IMG/VR virus record: IMGVR_UViG_3300012346_000073
Coordinates: 1-36,415 of that record
Reading direction: 5' to 3' (one strand)
DNA: 36,415 bases
From: a virus
Lineage: Duplodnaviria > Caudoviricetes
Shown here: positions 24,944-34,144 of the stretch, piece after piece
Position numbering within the stretch: the stretch's first letter is position 1
Layout: every line of letters begins with the position of its first letter
The notes under the pieces: model-generated
Database searches by the model: none
The model's input: the letters and a program-made list of their open reading frames with translations, nothing else
Told to the model about the DNA's origin: nothing
Made by a program: the position numbers and the translations under genes

Positions 24944-25374
24944 GCGAATGGCCGTGTCCCGGCCTTGTCGATGGTCAGCGCCTGCTTTCGGGCGGGCGTT
25001 GATTCGGTGTTTGGCACGCTGATATGGCACCAAGAGTTGTACTCGCAAATCACTTGGTCGAAGTTGATGCCGCTGGCGATGATCTTGCGCACCACTTGGT
25101 CTGGTGTCATGCCAGGCACGCGAATATCAGCCGCGCACCCGATGCGGTGCTGGCTGGTGTCTTTGCTGCCCACGGCGTCGTTGACTTGTTTGCCTCGATA
25201 GGCTGAGTTCACCAGCACGGGCTTTCCAAGCAATGCGCGGACTTGCTCGAGCAGGTCAGCCAAGCGCTTCAGGTTTGCAAGCTCTGACGGTCCTGGGGTG
25301 TTGTCCCAGCCATTGCGTGCGGCTGTCTCGCTGGCCGTCAATTCTTCAATCGTAAAGTTTGGTGTGACGTTCAC
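24940..25374 (-). CDS. Endolysin, peptidase M15A family
   Basis: NFTIEELT.S, VNSAYR...N.AVG....SQH..G.AAD, DQVI.E...W.HIS. Confidence 0.92.
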   Translation of the reverse strand: MNVTPNFTIEELTASETAARNGWDNTPGPSELANLKRLADLLEQVRALLGKPVLVNSAYRGKQVNDAVGSKDTSQHRIGCAADIRVPGMTPDQVVRKIIASGINFDQVICEYNSWCHISVPNTESTPARKQALTIDKAGTRPFA

Positions 25375-25865
25375 TTTGCGCCCTTTGACATTGCAACGGT
25401 CTTGTCTTGCGAAGACTTGGAAGACCCAAAATAGTAACTTAACACTTGCTGCGCACTGGCCGTCATAAAGCCAAGCGCAAAAATGATGAGTTGCTGCTGC
25501 TCGGTTGGCACGACTTTAAAAAGCAAAATGCCGACGAACAGATACGTCAACGCCACCGTGCCAACAGCCAAGACGGGCATGACCAATTGAGCGATTGGAC
25601 TTCCGCCAGCGGAAACCAATCCAACTTCCCTTTGGCGTGCGCTGTCTCGATCTGCCGCCTCGGCTTGAAACTGCTTCAAGTCGATTTCCGCAAGTTTTGT
25701 AGCCGCTTGAGGGTCTGCCTGGATGGCTTGCGTGACCGCTTCAACCGTATCTGCAACGCCCATCTTGTCAGCAATCGCCTTGACCACCATGCCACCAGCA
25801 GGGCCAATAGCAAGACTTGCCAATGCTGGCGCAGCAGTTTTAAGAAGTGCCAATAAGTCATTCAT
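25371..25865 (-). CDS. Holin-like membrane protein
   Basis: DRDSARQRE motif, two TM segments, YYFGSS C-terminus; adjacent to endolysin. Confidence 0.75.
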   Translation of the reverse strand: MNDLLALLKTAAPALASLAIGPAGGMVVKAIADKMGVADTVEAVTQAIQADPQAATKLAEIDLKQFQAEAADRDSARQREVGLVSAGGSPIAQLVMPVLAVGTVALTYLFVGILLFKVVPTEQQQLIIFALGFMTASAQQVLSYYFGSSKSSQDKTVAMSKGAK

Positions 25866-25877
25866 GTGATGCCCTTG

Positions 25878-26372
25878 TCATTTGCCGCATTGAACGGCCC
25901 TGCAATAAAAAACAATCTCAATGCCAACCCACATCAAAATGACAAAGATCAACAAAGCCAAAAAGATAGCCGTCCAAAACTCAAATGCAGCCTTGCGTTG
26001 CTTGCGGAGTTGAATTGCCGCATCTGCCGCCCTGCGTCGTTGCGCTTTGTCGTCAGCATCCATTTGTGCGCGGCGATTGACGATTTTCTCCCACACATCC
26101 ATGTTGTGAGGAAAAAATAACTGTTTGACCTGCTCCTCAAACTGGCGGGCGTTTTCAATTGCCAACTCAAGTTCTACGGCTTTGCCCATGTTTGAGGATT
26201 TGAAGTCACCTTGGCGTGACTCCTCAAGCACTTTGACTGCATCTGCCTTGGCGTCAAAATATTTGCCCAGCACAGGTCCGAGACTGCGAACATCATCAAC
26301 AGTCTTAACCGCCTTTTTTACAAGGTTGACGGCGGCTGATACCGCTGCCAATGCGCTGATTGGGTCAATCAT
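25878..26372 (-). CDS. Hypothetical lysis-region protein with C-terminal TM helix
   Basis: MIDPISALAA N-terminus, helical middle, hydrophobic C-terminus. Confidence 0.72.
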   Translation of the reverse strand: MIDPISALAAVSAAVNLVKKAVKTVDDVRSLGPVLGKYFDAKADAVKVLEESRQGDFKSSNMGKAVELELAIENARQFEEQVKQLFFPHNMDVWEKIVNRRAQMDADDKAQRRRAADAAIQLRKQRKAAFEFWTAIFLALLIFVILMWVGIEIVFYCRAVQCGK

Positions 26373-26602
26373 TTGTCCTGCTTTGCGTCCAGCTTGTCAA
26401 ATATCTTGCCGAGCATATCTTTTACCTCGCGCATATCCTCTCGGAAGTCATCGCGCGTGACGTAGGTCTTTGGCAACTCCTCGCGCAATTTAGCAAGATC
26501 GGCCTTCAACTCTTTAACCGCAGACCAAAGCTCGCGGGCAAACCAGCCCATTGCCGTTGATGCAATGCCCAAGACGTAGTTGATGATTGTCTGAGGTTCC
26601 AT
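26369..26602 (-). CDS. Small single-TM coiled-coil protein
   Basis: GWFARELWSAVKELK.DL...LPKTYVTRDDF...IFDKLD.KQDK. Confidence 0.78.
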   Translation of the reverse strand: MEPQTIINYVLGIASTAMGWFARELWSAVKELKADLAKLREELPKTYVTRDDFREDMREVKDMLGKIFDKLDAKQDK

Positions 26603-26922
26603 TACTCACCCGCAATTGGATAGCTCGCCTTGATGGCGCTGATCTTGTTAAGCCAATCTTGCTGCGTGGCCTCGCCTCGCTGCCATTTGAAATAGATTGG
26701 ATCTGATTCGGCGACATATGCGGCCCGGCGAAGCTCTGCCGCCTGCTCTGGCGTGTACACCACTGGCGTGCCGCCTTCAATCTCGCATGGCGGCGCGATT
26801 GGGCCATATTGGCCAGCGGTGATTGCTTGGTACAAGTCGCCGGAATCAATATAAACGACAGCCTCTGCGGTGTCGTAGCAGATTCCGATGTGTTCGGGGT
26901 TTGCCCAGCGAATGTTGTTCAT
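26602..26922 (-). CDS. Tail fibre-associated/assembly protein
   Basis: G.YGPIAP and RRAAY..ESDP.YFKWQRGEATQQDW..KI..IKA.YP motifs; follows tail-tip genes. Confidence 0.65.
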   Translation of the reverse strand: MNNIRWANPEHIGICYDTAEAVVYIDSGDLYQAITAGQYGPIAPPCEIEGGTPVVYTPEQAAELRRAAYVAESDPIYFKWQRGEATQQDWLNKISAIKASYPIAGE

Positions 26923-27518
26923 GGGTTTGTGTCGTCTGTTAATGTCAGATATGCTGGGCGTGTTGTGTATCCGTTTGATGCAAATACGCCCGTTGCAAAA
27001 GCTGTTGATGGGGCATTGCTATCATCTGTTTTATGCCTCCATTCAATTACATCACCCGGAACAACTGAGACATCGTTTGTTCTATTGACATATCCAAGGC
27101 CTGCTCTTGTGTATGTTTGAATTAGCGTATTGTTTTTGTAAATTTGAAGCGTTGATGTTGTTGAAATAGTGCCCGACTCTATTGAGTATTGTCCGCCTTG
27201 GTGCGATGCCTTAAATCGCAAGCTGCCAGTGTATTTTTCAATGGTATATTGCTGAGACACCACATTGGATAGTGAAAATGTGCTTGGTGTTATTGTCACC
27301 CCACCCGATCCTATGCTTGCGCTGTATGTGTCGGCTGCGCTAACAGTCAAAACAGAAAATTCTTGAAAGCGCTTAACTGCCTTGCCAACCAGTCGAGGTG
27401 CCGACGCATCGCCCTCAAACATCGCCAGCGGGTTGTCGCGCAAGGCAAGGCCGTCGATTGATCGAATCGGCTTGCCCGGCTCAAGGCTAGAGTTTGGGAT
27501 TGTCGTGAATGTCGTCAT
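26919..27518 (-). CDS. Tail tip / receptor-binding protein
   Basis: PGKPI.S....ALRDNP.A..EG...APR N-terminal anchor, then Ser/Thr-rich beta region. Confidence 0.65.
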   Translation of the reverse strand: MTTFTTIPNSSLEPGKPIRSIDGLALRDNPLAMFEGDASAPRLVGKAVKRFQEFSVLTVSAADTYSASIGSGGVTITPSTFSLSNVVSQQYTIEKYTGSLRFKASHQGGQYSIESGTISTTSTLQIYKNNTLIQTYTRAGLGYVNRTNDVSVVPGDVIEWRHKTDDSNAPSTAFATGVFASNGYTTRPAYLTLTDDTNP

Positions 27519-27525
27519 TGGTTCC

Positions 27526-29241
27526 TCATTGCCATTCGTAGCCGCTCTCGCCGTCGATCAGGCCATCAGCGTCTGACCACCATGCGCCCAATGCCTTTTC
27601 CTCATCGGTTGCCAAAGAGAAAATGGGCGCATCGTCGGCCATCCAGTAGGCGTATTTTGCCGTGAAATCGTAAGTCTGCAAAACGTACTTAATCACGGCT
27701 CCTGGTTGCACCTCTTGGGCGCTGATAACCTGGTATCGGCGAGTCAGTGGCAGGCCTTCAGTGTTGGTCTGAAGGCGTGAGCTAACGTCCACCACGTCAG
27801 CAGTCCAAGTGTTGCGGTCTTTGGCGTCAACACTGATGGTTAGGTAGAGCGGGTCATCGCGGTAGCGGGCGATGATTCGGGTCGTGATGGCGATCACAAT
27901 GGCATCGGTGCGCACCCAGCGGGAATAGATTTTCTTGACCGCGCTCTCGTCGTATTCGCGCTCGCTCTCGGACTCGGCGTCAATTCTGATTCGGACTTTG
28001 CGGTAGTTGTCCTCAGCGTCCACCTTTTTAGACAAGTCGGCTGGCTCGTAGTAGTACCAAAGCTGGCTCACTCGCTCGTTTGGCGCGGTCTTGATCGACT
28101 GCGACCCGGCTAGGATGTTTGCGTCCTCATTGAATTGGACTGGCACCTCAGTTGGTGGCCGCACAGCACGCAAAAGGATTTTTTGCAGGCGCTCATCCCA
28201 CCAGATAAAGAACTGCGCATCCCGGCAAAGCTCGGCAAGCAGCGTGTTCAATCCTGTTGGTTCGCTGATAACGCCAGACACAATGAAGCCATCCAGCCAT
28301 TGCGCGGCCTCGGCAGTCCATTGTGCGGTGTCGATGTATCCAGCCGCCGATGGCGCAAATGTGTCTATCAGGTCTTTGGCGACTTCCCATGCGTTTTCGT
28401 TTGTGTAGCGCACGCAAGTCTGCACCCGGCTTTCGGCTTTGTGTTCTTTGGCGGCACTTCCGTCTGTCGCCCGAGTGATGCCAGTGAAAGTGATGATTCC
28501 AGCGGCCTCGGTGCGGCCAGTGTAGGTCATCAACTCAGATTCAATGCGCAGCGTGCCGGTGGCCGGGTAATCAGCCAAGACAGCGCTTGTCACGGTGATC
28601 GTTGTTTGGCTGTTGGTGATGTCTGCGCTCAGGTAGCCTTTGGACTGGATCGGAGCTTGGCTCGTCTTGTCGTCAAGAAGGCGCAAAGGGTCAACGGCGC
28701 GAATGGTGACGATGTTGTTTGAGTTTGGGCCATCAATGGAGTCAATCAAATATTCCCGTGTCACCATGTCGCCAGGGTCTTGGCCGATGTAGCCATCACG
28801 GATGCGCAATGCGCGGCCCTTGGCAATCGGCCAGCGGGCTTTTAGCTTTGTCCAGAACGTGCCATTTTCAAACGGGTTCAGTGATCGACTGGCAACGTAG
28901 GGATCGGTCAGCGCGTCCGAATACGGGTGATCGTCAAACGTCACGGTAGCCTGGGCGCGTTTACCCAATGGTCCAGACGATGCGTCAACATCACCAACGT
29001 TCAGCTCTGTCGGGCTTGTTGAGCTTGACCTAACGGATGGAATGGCGTCCAGCGCCATGGGGATGTCTGCCCGAGGCTTAGCAAACCTCAGAGTTTGCGT
29101 TGTGACGGCAAAAACCGGCTTGATCTGGCAAGTCTGCCAAGTGTTGTAGCAGGGCGTGCCAGTGGCCGTGCAAAGGCCAACGCCATAGGTCAGCGAGCAA
29201 ATGTCCCTGTCTATCTCAACCAGCGTGATCGGGTCAGTCAT
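27526..29241 (-). CDS. Baseplate hub / central tail-tip protein
   Basis: ~570 aa after the distal tail gene; C.LTYG...CTA....CYNTW.TC Cys cluster. Confidence 0.72.
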   Translation of the reverse strand: MTDPITLVEIDRDICSLTYGVGLCTATGTPCYNTWQTCQIKPVFAVTTQTLRFAKPRADIPMALDAIPSVRSSSTSPTELNVGDVDASSGPLGKRAQATVTFDDHPYSDALTDPYVASRSLNPFENGTFWTKLKARWPIAKGRALRIRDGYIGQDPGDMVTREYLIDSIDGPNSNNIVTIRAVDPLRLLDDKTSQAPIQSKGYLSADITNSQTTITVTSAVLADYPATGTLRIESELMTYTGRTEAAGIITFTGITRATDGSAAKEHKAESRVQTCVRYTNENAWEVAKDLIDTFAPSAAGYIDTAQWTAEAAQWLDGFIVSGVISEPTGLNTLLAELCRDAQFFIWWDERLQKILLRAVRPPTEVPVQFNEDANILAGSQSIKTAPNERVSQLWYYYEPADLSKKVDAEDNYRKVRIRIDAESESEREYDESAVKKIYSRWVRTDAIVIAITTRIIARYRDDPLYLTISVDAKDRNTWTADVVDVSSRLQTNTEGLPLTRRYQVISAQEVQPGAVIKYVLQTYDFTAKYAYWMADDAPIFSLATDEEKALGAWWSDADGLIDGESGYEWQ

Positions 29242-30010
29242 TTGCAATCCCCGCCACCTTAAAGCTGACGCTCATGAAATTGCGCGGCCCAGTGTTTGAT
29301 GGCCGAATGTCGCCAGTTGTCCAGACAAAGCCAACTTCTGCCGGGTATTGCTCTGGCCTCCATGCGTAGAAGAACGGCGACTCGCGCGCAGCCTCAACGA
29401 ATGGATCAAAGTTGGCCCTGTACCAATCGGCTGTCAGGTGCTGGTATTCGCACGACGTTTGCAGGCCTTTGCGAATGATTGATCGGCCCAGATACTGCCC
29501 TGTCTCAGACGTGTTTTGCGTTGTCTCAGTCATGCGTGAAAGCGTCAATGGCGTGTGACCTTGGTACAGTTTTCGCTGCATGGCAAGGGCCGCGCCGATG
29601 TACACAACAGCAATGCTTGGCACTGCGCCGGTAACTTGGATGCGCCAATATCTGGCTGTCACGGACTCAAACAAGAACATGGCGACCCGGCCAGTCGGTG
29701 CGCCGCTGACTTGCGTTGTCCATGTGCTGTTGTCTGGGCTGCTTTGGACGTTGATCGTTGCGCCGTTGAAGTCGCCAACCAGTCCGAAATAATCGCAAGC
29801 CACATCCGAGCCATTGTCAATCGCCCAAGTGGCAGGCACTGTCGATGGCTTCCAATACTCAAATGTCGTTGGGTAGGTTGCAGCGATTGCAGGGTATCCC
29901 GTGGCCGCCGATGATGCCGTTGGCGTCTTGCCCTGCGCAACATTTTGGATGCCGATGCGGCTGTGCAAGAGGTCAGGCGTTGGCTCGTAGCCTGATTGGA
30001 TGTAGATCAT
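29234..30010 (-). CDS. Distal tail protein with discoidin-like insert
   Basis: Follows tape measure; VQSSPDNSTWT...ARYWRIQ motif. Confidence 0.65.
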   Translation of the reverse strand: MIYIQSGYEPTPDLLHSRIGIQNVAQGKTPTASSAATGYPAIAATYPTTFEYWKPSTVPATWAIDNGSDVACDYFGLVGDFNGATINVQSSPDNSTWTTQVSGAPTGRVAMFLFESVTARYWRIQVTGAVPSIAVVYIGAALAMQRKLYQGHTPLTLSRMTETTQNTSETGQYLGRSIIRKGLQTSCEYQHLTADWYRANFDPFVEAARESPFFYAWRPEQYPAEVGFVWTTGDIRPSNTGPRNFMSVSFKVAGIAND

Positions 30011-31992
30011 GACAAAACCACCTTTGATCCATTGCGCTGGGCTTCAATCAACTGGTCAATCAATCCGCGCACACTGTCGCCGGTGAACATATCTCCGGAA
30101 CTTATGCCTTGAATTGTAATGACTTGATTTGTTTGTGGCGCAATGTTTGATGACGCGCTCATTGATTGTCCGGACGATGTTTGCCCAGAAAACCCAGATG
30201 AAGATCCGCCAGTAGAAATCGATTCTCCCCCGCCACCCAAGAGGCTTGCGGCTTGCAGCCCACCGGATGCCATGATGAGGCCAGCCGTAACACCTCCTTG
30301 AGCCATGACCGCTGCTTTTGCGGCGGCGGCGCGAGCCAGCGATGTTGGATCACCGGGAATCAATTGAGAAGCAAAAGCAAGCGCTGCGGCCTGGGCTGTT
30401 GTGATGCTGTTTTGCGCCAGCGCCATTTTTGTTTGCAGTGCAATTGATGCAAGGGCAAAAATTTTGTTTTTTTGCCCCAATGTATTCAGGATGCCAACGA
30501 CCATGTTTGCCTGCTTTGCCCTGACATCCATGTCATGCTGCGCAACTTTGTCGGAAAGGTCTTTGCGTATTTGCGCGGCCTCATTCTCCTTTGCCGTAAT
30601 CATATCCATGCGCGCAAACTCAATGGCTTGCAGCGCATTTGATCGCTCTTGCGCCGCTTGAATTTCAATGGCGTCGTATTCAGCCTGGGTTATCAGGCCA
30701 GCATCTCTTACCGACTTTGCGCGCTCAATTTCTTTTGTGTAGGCTTCTTCTGCAATCTGCTCTTGTGACAGCGTTGATTGCCGTAGAGCCTCGGCTTTTT
30801 GCTCAAAATAAGCCTTGTCAGCAATCAGCAAATTGGCATTTCTTTGCATTGCGGCTTCTTCTTGCTTTCGCATAAAGTCGCCAATCGGGTCGGTTTCTTC
30901 GGCGGCTTTTGTTGGCTCCGCTGTTTTTGCTTGTCGCTTGATTGCTGGAGCGCTAATTAAGCCAAGCCTTCTGCCCTCCGCCGCACTCTGGTTGTCGGCG
31001 CTTTGTGCGTTAAGCACCTGCTGGCGCTCAATGTCTTTTAAATATTCAAGGCGGCGCTTTTCAGTCGCCAATGCCTGGTCAATCCCAGATGTGTCCGACC
31101 CGGACGCCTCGTAGCGCTTCTTTGCCTCTGTCAAGCTGTCAATCTCATCTCGAGTTGACTTTAAATTTCCCTGCAAATCTTTGAATGGATTGATTAAGCC
31201 AAACGTTGTCAGCGCATCCCAAAACCCATTCGCATACTTAATGCCAGTCAAAAACTCGTTAATCAGCTTGTTCAACTCAGGCACAAGCGCATTGGCAATG
31301 GTTTTGCCAAGTGTGCCGCTCAAAGTATTTAGCCTGTCGATGTTCTCATTGAATAGCGCGGCCTGCTTTGCTGTTTCTGTGCCGATAACGGCACCCATGC
31401 GCTCTGCCTCTTGGCGTAATTCAGCAAGCCCATCCCGTCCTTTGTTCAGGACGGGAATCATGTTCAAGCCGGAGCGAGAAAAGATGTCAACAGCAAGCGC
31501 AGATTTTGCTGCGCCATCTTCCATTGAAGAAAAAGCGCCAGACAGGTCTGTCAGGACATCATCGACGTTTCGCAGCGTGCCATCGGCGTTTCTTGTTGAA
31601 ACACCAAGACCATCAAACATGATTGCGGCTTGGCTTGCTGGATCAACAGACTCGGCCATCCTATTTGACAGCGCTCGGATGGCCGTGCCAAGGTCGTCAA
31701 CAGTTGCGCCATTTATTTTTGCCGCATACGCAAGAGATGAAAGTCGCTCAACGCTAACGCCTGTTTTCTCCGCCATCTCGTCAAACGCATCGGCTGCGTT
31801 GATGGCCTCAAGCGTCATGTTTTTGAGGGTGGAAACAACCCCAAGGGCGGCAAAAGCAGCGCCTATTTTGCCAATTGATGCGGCCATTGCATCGGCTTTT
31901 GCTGATACTGTGCGCTCAGCATCGCTTAAGCCAGACTTGAGGTCGGAAGTATCAGCCGTGATCTGTACCGCCAGCTTTCCTATCGTTGCCAT
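30007..31992 (-). CDS. Tail tape measure protein
   Basis: 661 aa, Ala-rich helical; IGKLAVQITADTS N-terminus; follows chaperone genes. Confidence 0.92.
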   Translation of the reverse strand: MATIGKLAVQITADTSDLKSGLSDAERTVSAKADAMAASIGKIGAAFAALGVVSTLKNMTLEAINAADAFDEMAEKTGVSVERLSSLAYAAKINGATVDDLGTAIRALSNRMAESVDPASQAAIMFDGLGVSTRNADGTLRNVDDVLTDLSGAFSSMEDGAAKSALAVDIFSRSGLNMIPVLNKGRDGLAELRQEAERMGAVIGTETAKQAALFNENIDRLNTLSGTLGKTIANALVPELNKLINEFLTGIKYANGFWDALTTFGLINPFKDLQGNLKSTRDEIDSLTEAKKRYEASGSDTSGIDQALATEKRRLEYLKDIERQQVLNAQSADNQSAAEGRRLGLISAPAIKRQAKTAEPTKAAEETDPIGDFMRKQEEAAMQRNANLLIADKAYFEQKAEALRQSTLSQEQIAEEAYTKEIERAKSVRDAGLITQAEYDAIEIQAAQERSNALQAIEFARMDMITAKENEAAQIRKDLSDKVAQHDMDVRAKQANMVVGILNTLGQKNKIFALASIALQTKMALAQNSITTAQAAALAFASQLIPGDPTSLARAAAAKAAVMAQGGVTAGLIMASGGLQAASLLGGGGESISTGGSSSGFSGQTSSGQSMSASSNIAPQTNQVITIQGISSGDMFTGDSVRGLIDQLIEAQRNGSKVVLS

Positions 31993-32211
31993 TTATTTCT
32001 CCAGCAAATCATAAAGCTCGGCACAGTCGGCATCTGTCAGTCCACCGGCATAGTCAAGCTCCCTATCTCTTGGGCGCTTGGCTTCGTACACCAGCCACCA
32101 TTCGGCTGGCGACATTTGCCAAAACTCGGATGGCGACAGACCCCACCCAATAGCGGCGACATAAAAGCCGCCCCAATCAACATCCGTCAGCTCGACGTTA
32201 GTTGATTTTCT
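31993..32211 (-). CDS. Tail assembly chaperone T frame (reached by -1 frameshift; not in ORF track)
   Basis: Open frame RKSTNVELTDVDWGGFYVAAIGWGLSPSEFWQMSPAEWWLVYEAK...LLEK*, no ATG before the PSEFW motif; stop abuts the tape measure ATG. Confidence 0.85.
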   Translation of the reverse strand, partial: RKSTNVELTDVDWGGFYVAAIGWGLSPSEFWQMSPAEWWLVYEAKRPRDRELDYAGGLTDADCAELYDLLEK

Positions 32212-32516
32212 TTTTTTTTCGGCTCTGGGAAAATAGCCATCAGGATTGAATCCCGCATCGCCAGCAAAGATTGAACGTCACCAGTCATCAACTCGCGGTA
32301 GATTTCCTCATCCTCAACTCGCGCACCAGCAGCCCGCAAGAACTCGCCAACGACAAAAGCCAAGTGAGACAGCGGCGGCGCATCGGTTGACAGGCCGCGC
32401 ACCAGTCCAGCCAGGCTTACCCGTTGCTCAATCTTGTTCAAAATCATCATGGTCGGCTTGACCGAATAGGCCTTGCCGTCCCATGACAATTCAACGTCCC
32501 TAAAGACTGCGCTCAT
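32187..32516 (-). CDS. Tail assembly chaperone (G-like)
   Basis: Between tail tube and tape measure genes; ends PEPKKKE over an A9G slippery run. Confidence 0.85.
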   Translation of the reverse strand: MSAVFRDVELSWDGKAYSVKPTMMILNKIEQRVSLAGLVRGLSTDAPPLSHLAFVVGEFLRAAGARVEDEEIYRELMTGDVQSLLAMRDSILMAIFPEPKKKENQLTSS

Positions 32517-32905
32517 TAGACGGCGGCAGTGTATGTGTACGCGCCCGACGATTGCAGCGATGCGCTGAAGGTCGTGGCTTCGTTGTACGTTGCGCCAACC
32601 TCAACCGAGGCCACAAAGAAGTCGCCAGCGATGGTGCCAATGCCTGGAAATGTGATTTCCACGCCTTCGATCAGGCCAGACGAGCCCGATGCCAAGGCGA
32701 TCAAAGCGCCGTCCTTGGTCACGCCTTCAATGGTCATGTCCAAGGTCTTTGTGCCTGCGACAGACAGCATGGTGCGGAATCCACTGTCGTCGTCAGATGT
32801 GATGTCCACTGGCTCGTTGCCAATGGTGAAAGATTTTGTGCGAGCGCCAGCCACGGTAGCGGCATTGACTTCAACAACAACAGTGCGACCAACAAAAGCA
32901 GCCAT
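32516..32905 (-). CDS. Major tail tube protein (TP901-1-like)
   Basis: VAGARTKSFTI.NE.VDITS.DD.G.R..L, G.F.V.S.E......E.TFS.SLQSSG. Confidence 0.9.
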   Translation of the reverse strand: MAAFVGRTVVVEVNAATVAGARTKSFTIGNEPVDITSDDDSGFRTMLSVAGTKTLDMTIEGVTKDGALIALASGSSGLIEGVEITFPGIGTIAGDFFVASVEVGATYNEATTFSASLQSSGAYTYTAAV

Positions 32906-32907
32906 GA

Positions 32908-33372
32908 TTAAACCCCTTGTTCAGCGACCAAATAATGGCCTGATTCAGATTGCAGAAAAAACCCTGTTTCGGTTTCCAGGTATTGTTCAAGATACCCGTT
33001 TTCCTCAACGATCAAACGAAACCGGATTACTCCATGTCTCGTTAAGCCATCAGGGTCAAGGAATGATTCCTCAAACTCTGCGTGACATTCTACCAAGTGA
33101 CCACCAGTGATGGTCAAGTTTGCGCGGTTCAGCGTGTGATACACCGAGCGCATGATCTCTTTGACTTCTTTGCGCCCACGGTACTGCGACCAAACGTGAA
33201 TGGTGCAAGTTGTCTCTGACCCAACTGATTCATCAGTGTCAAATGGGATGCTGCGATCATCGCCAACGACAATGTAAGGGTACGTTGTGACCTGGGGCAC
33301 ATCGTCAAATGTTGGATGGCCAATGGCCGCGACTGCCTCGTAGATGGCGGTCTGGATTTCTTCTTGCATCAT
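32908..33372 (-). CDS. Tail terminator/completion protein (DUF3168) with C-terminal extension
   Basis: LQ/IQ.AIY, D.VP....PYIVVG, IHVWS...G.KE, DPDGLTRHGVIRFR. Confidence 0.88.
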   Translation of the reverse strand: MMQEEIQTAIYEAVAAIGHPTFDDVPQVTTYPYIVVGDDRSIPFDTDESVGSETTCTIHVWSQYRGRKEVKEIMRSVYHTLNRANLTITGGHLVECHAEFEESFLDPDGLTRHGVIRFRLIVEENGYLEQYLETETGFFLQSESGHYLVAEQGV

Positions 33373-33809
33373 GGCGACAGCCCCTTGGATGCCTGCTCGG
33401 CAAGGTTTGCCAGTCGGCGGTTGAACTTCTCGCGCTCAGACTCAAGCGCAGGCTGAAGGAATGGGCGTGCGGCCATGTTGACCGTTCCAAACTCGAGCGG
33501 CGCGGCATATTGCACGTTGGCCGATACTTCAGCGGTCAGGCCAGTGATGTCGGCCATGATTGATGATGCAAGCCGCCCGGTATCGGTCGCTGGCGCTTGT
33601 CCTGGCGATGATGCGCGGTGCGTGCGGCGTGGCGCGTATTTTTCGTATTTCTTGCCGTTCTTTGGCCCGCCTTGAATTGATCGAATGGCATTTGCCCTGA
33701 CGTTTTGCGCCGTTGCCATGACAATCTGACTAAGCGCGGCATCGGCTTGTGCGCCAAACTTGCGAATGTTGGCGATCAGTTGTTTGTCGCCAGAGATAGT
33801 CATTTTCAT
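33369..33809 (-). CDS. HK97 gp10-like neck protein
   Basis: ASSPGQAPATDTGRLASSI, YAAPLEFGT..MAARPFLQPA. Confidence 0.9.
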   Translation of the reverse strand: MKMTISGDKQLIANIRKFGAQADAALSQIVMATAQNVRANAIRSIQGGPKNGKKYEKYAPRRTHRASSPGQAPATDTGRLASSIMADITGLTAEVSANVQYAAPLEFGTVNMAARPFLQPALESEREKFNRRLANLAEQASKGLSP

Positions 33810-34144
33810 GTCGCCACCCCTTCCAGGCACTGAAGCTCAAGCCATCGATTGCGCATCTCAACGTTGATGATGGCAATGATCTGCATTGGCTTGCCGCGCA
33901 TGGTCACGCGATCAGATGGCAGCAGGTCTTCACGGTAGCGAATAAAGATGCGATGCGACACACTGGCCTCGCGCTGCATTCCCATCAGGTATTCCCGGCC
34001 ACTCAGCGGGCGCACGTCGCCTTTTGTGCTGAATAGCGTCACCCAATCAAGGTTGGTGCCGCCCATGCCGTCAGATTGAGTTTGGCGGCGCTGGAAAACC
34101 AACGGCTCACGCAATCCACCCGCAGACAAGTCGCAGCACTTCAA
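33806..34144 (-). CDS. Head closure / head-tail adaptor (SPP1 gp16-like)
   Basis: LRE...FQ.....DGMGG....W, V.PLSGRE, HRI.IRYR.D. Confidence 0.9.
   Translation of the reverse strand: MKCCDLSAGGLREPLVFQRRQTQSDGMGGTNLDWVTLFSTKGDVRPLSGREYLMGMQREASVSHRIFIRYREDLLPSDRVTMRGKPMQIIAIINVEMRNRWLELQCLEGVAT

Noticed and set aside
24935-24948. Protelomerase telRL site
   Set aside because: Palindrome is short and no protelomerase gene was seen.
31181-32014. 277-aa plus-strand ORF (and similar long ones at 6052, 7165, 35131)
   Set aside because: Antisense shadows of well-supported structural genes with no motifs of their own.
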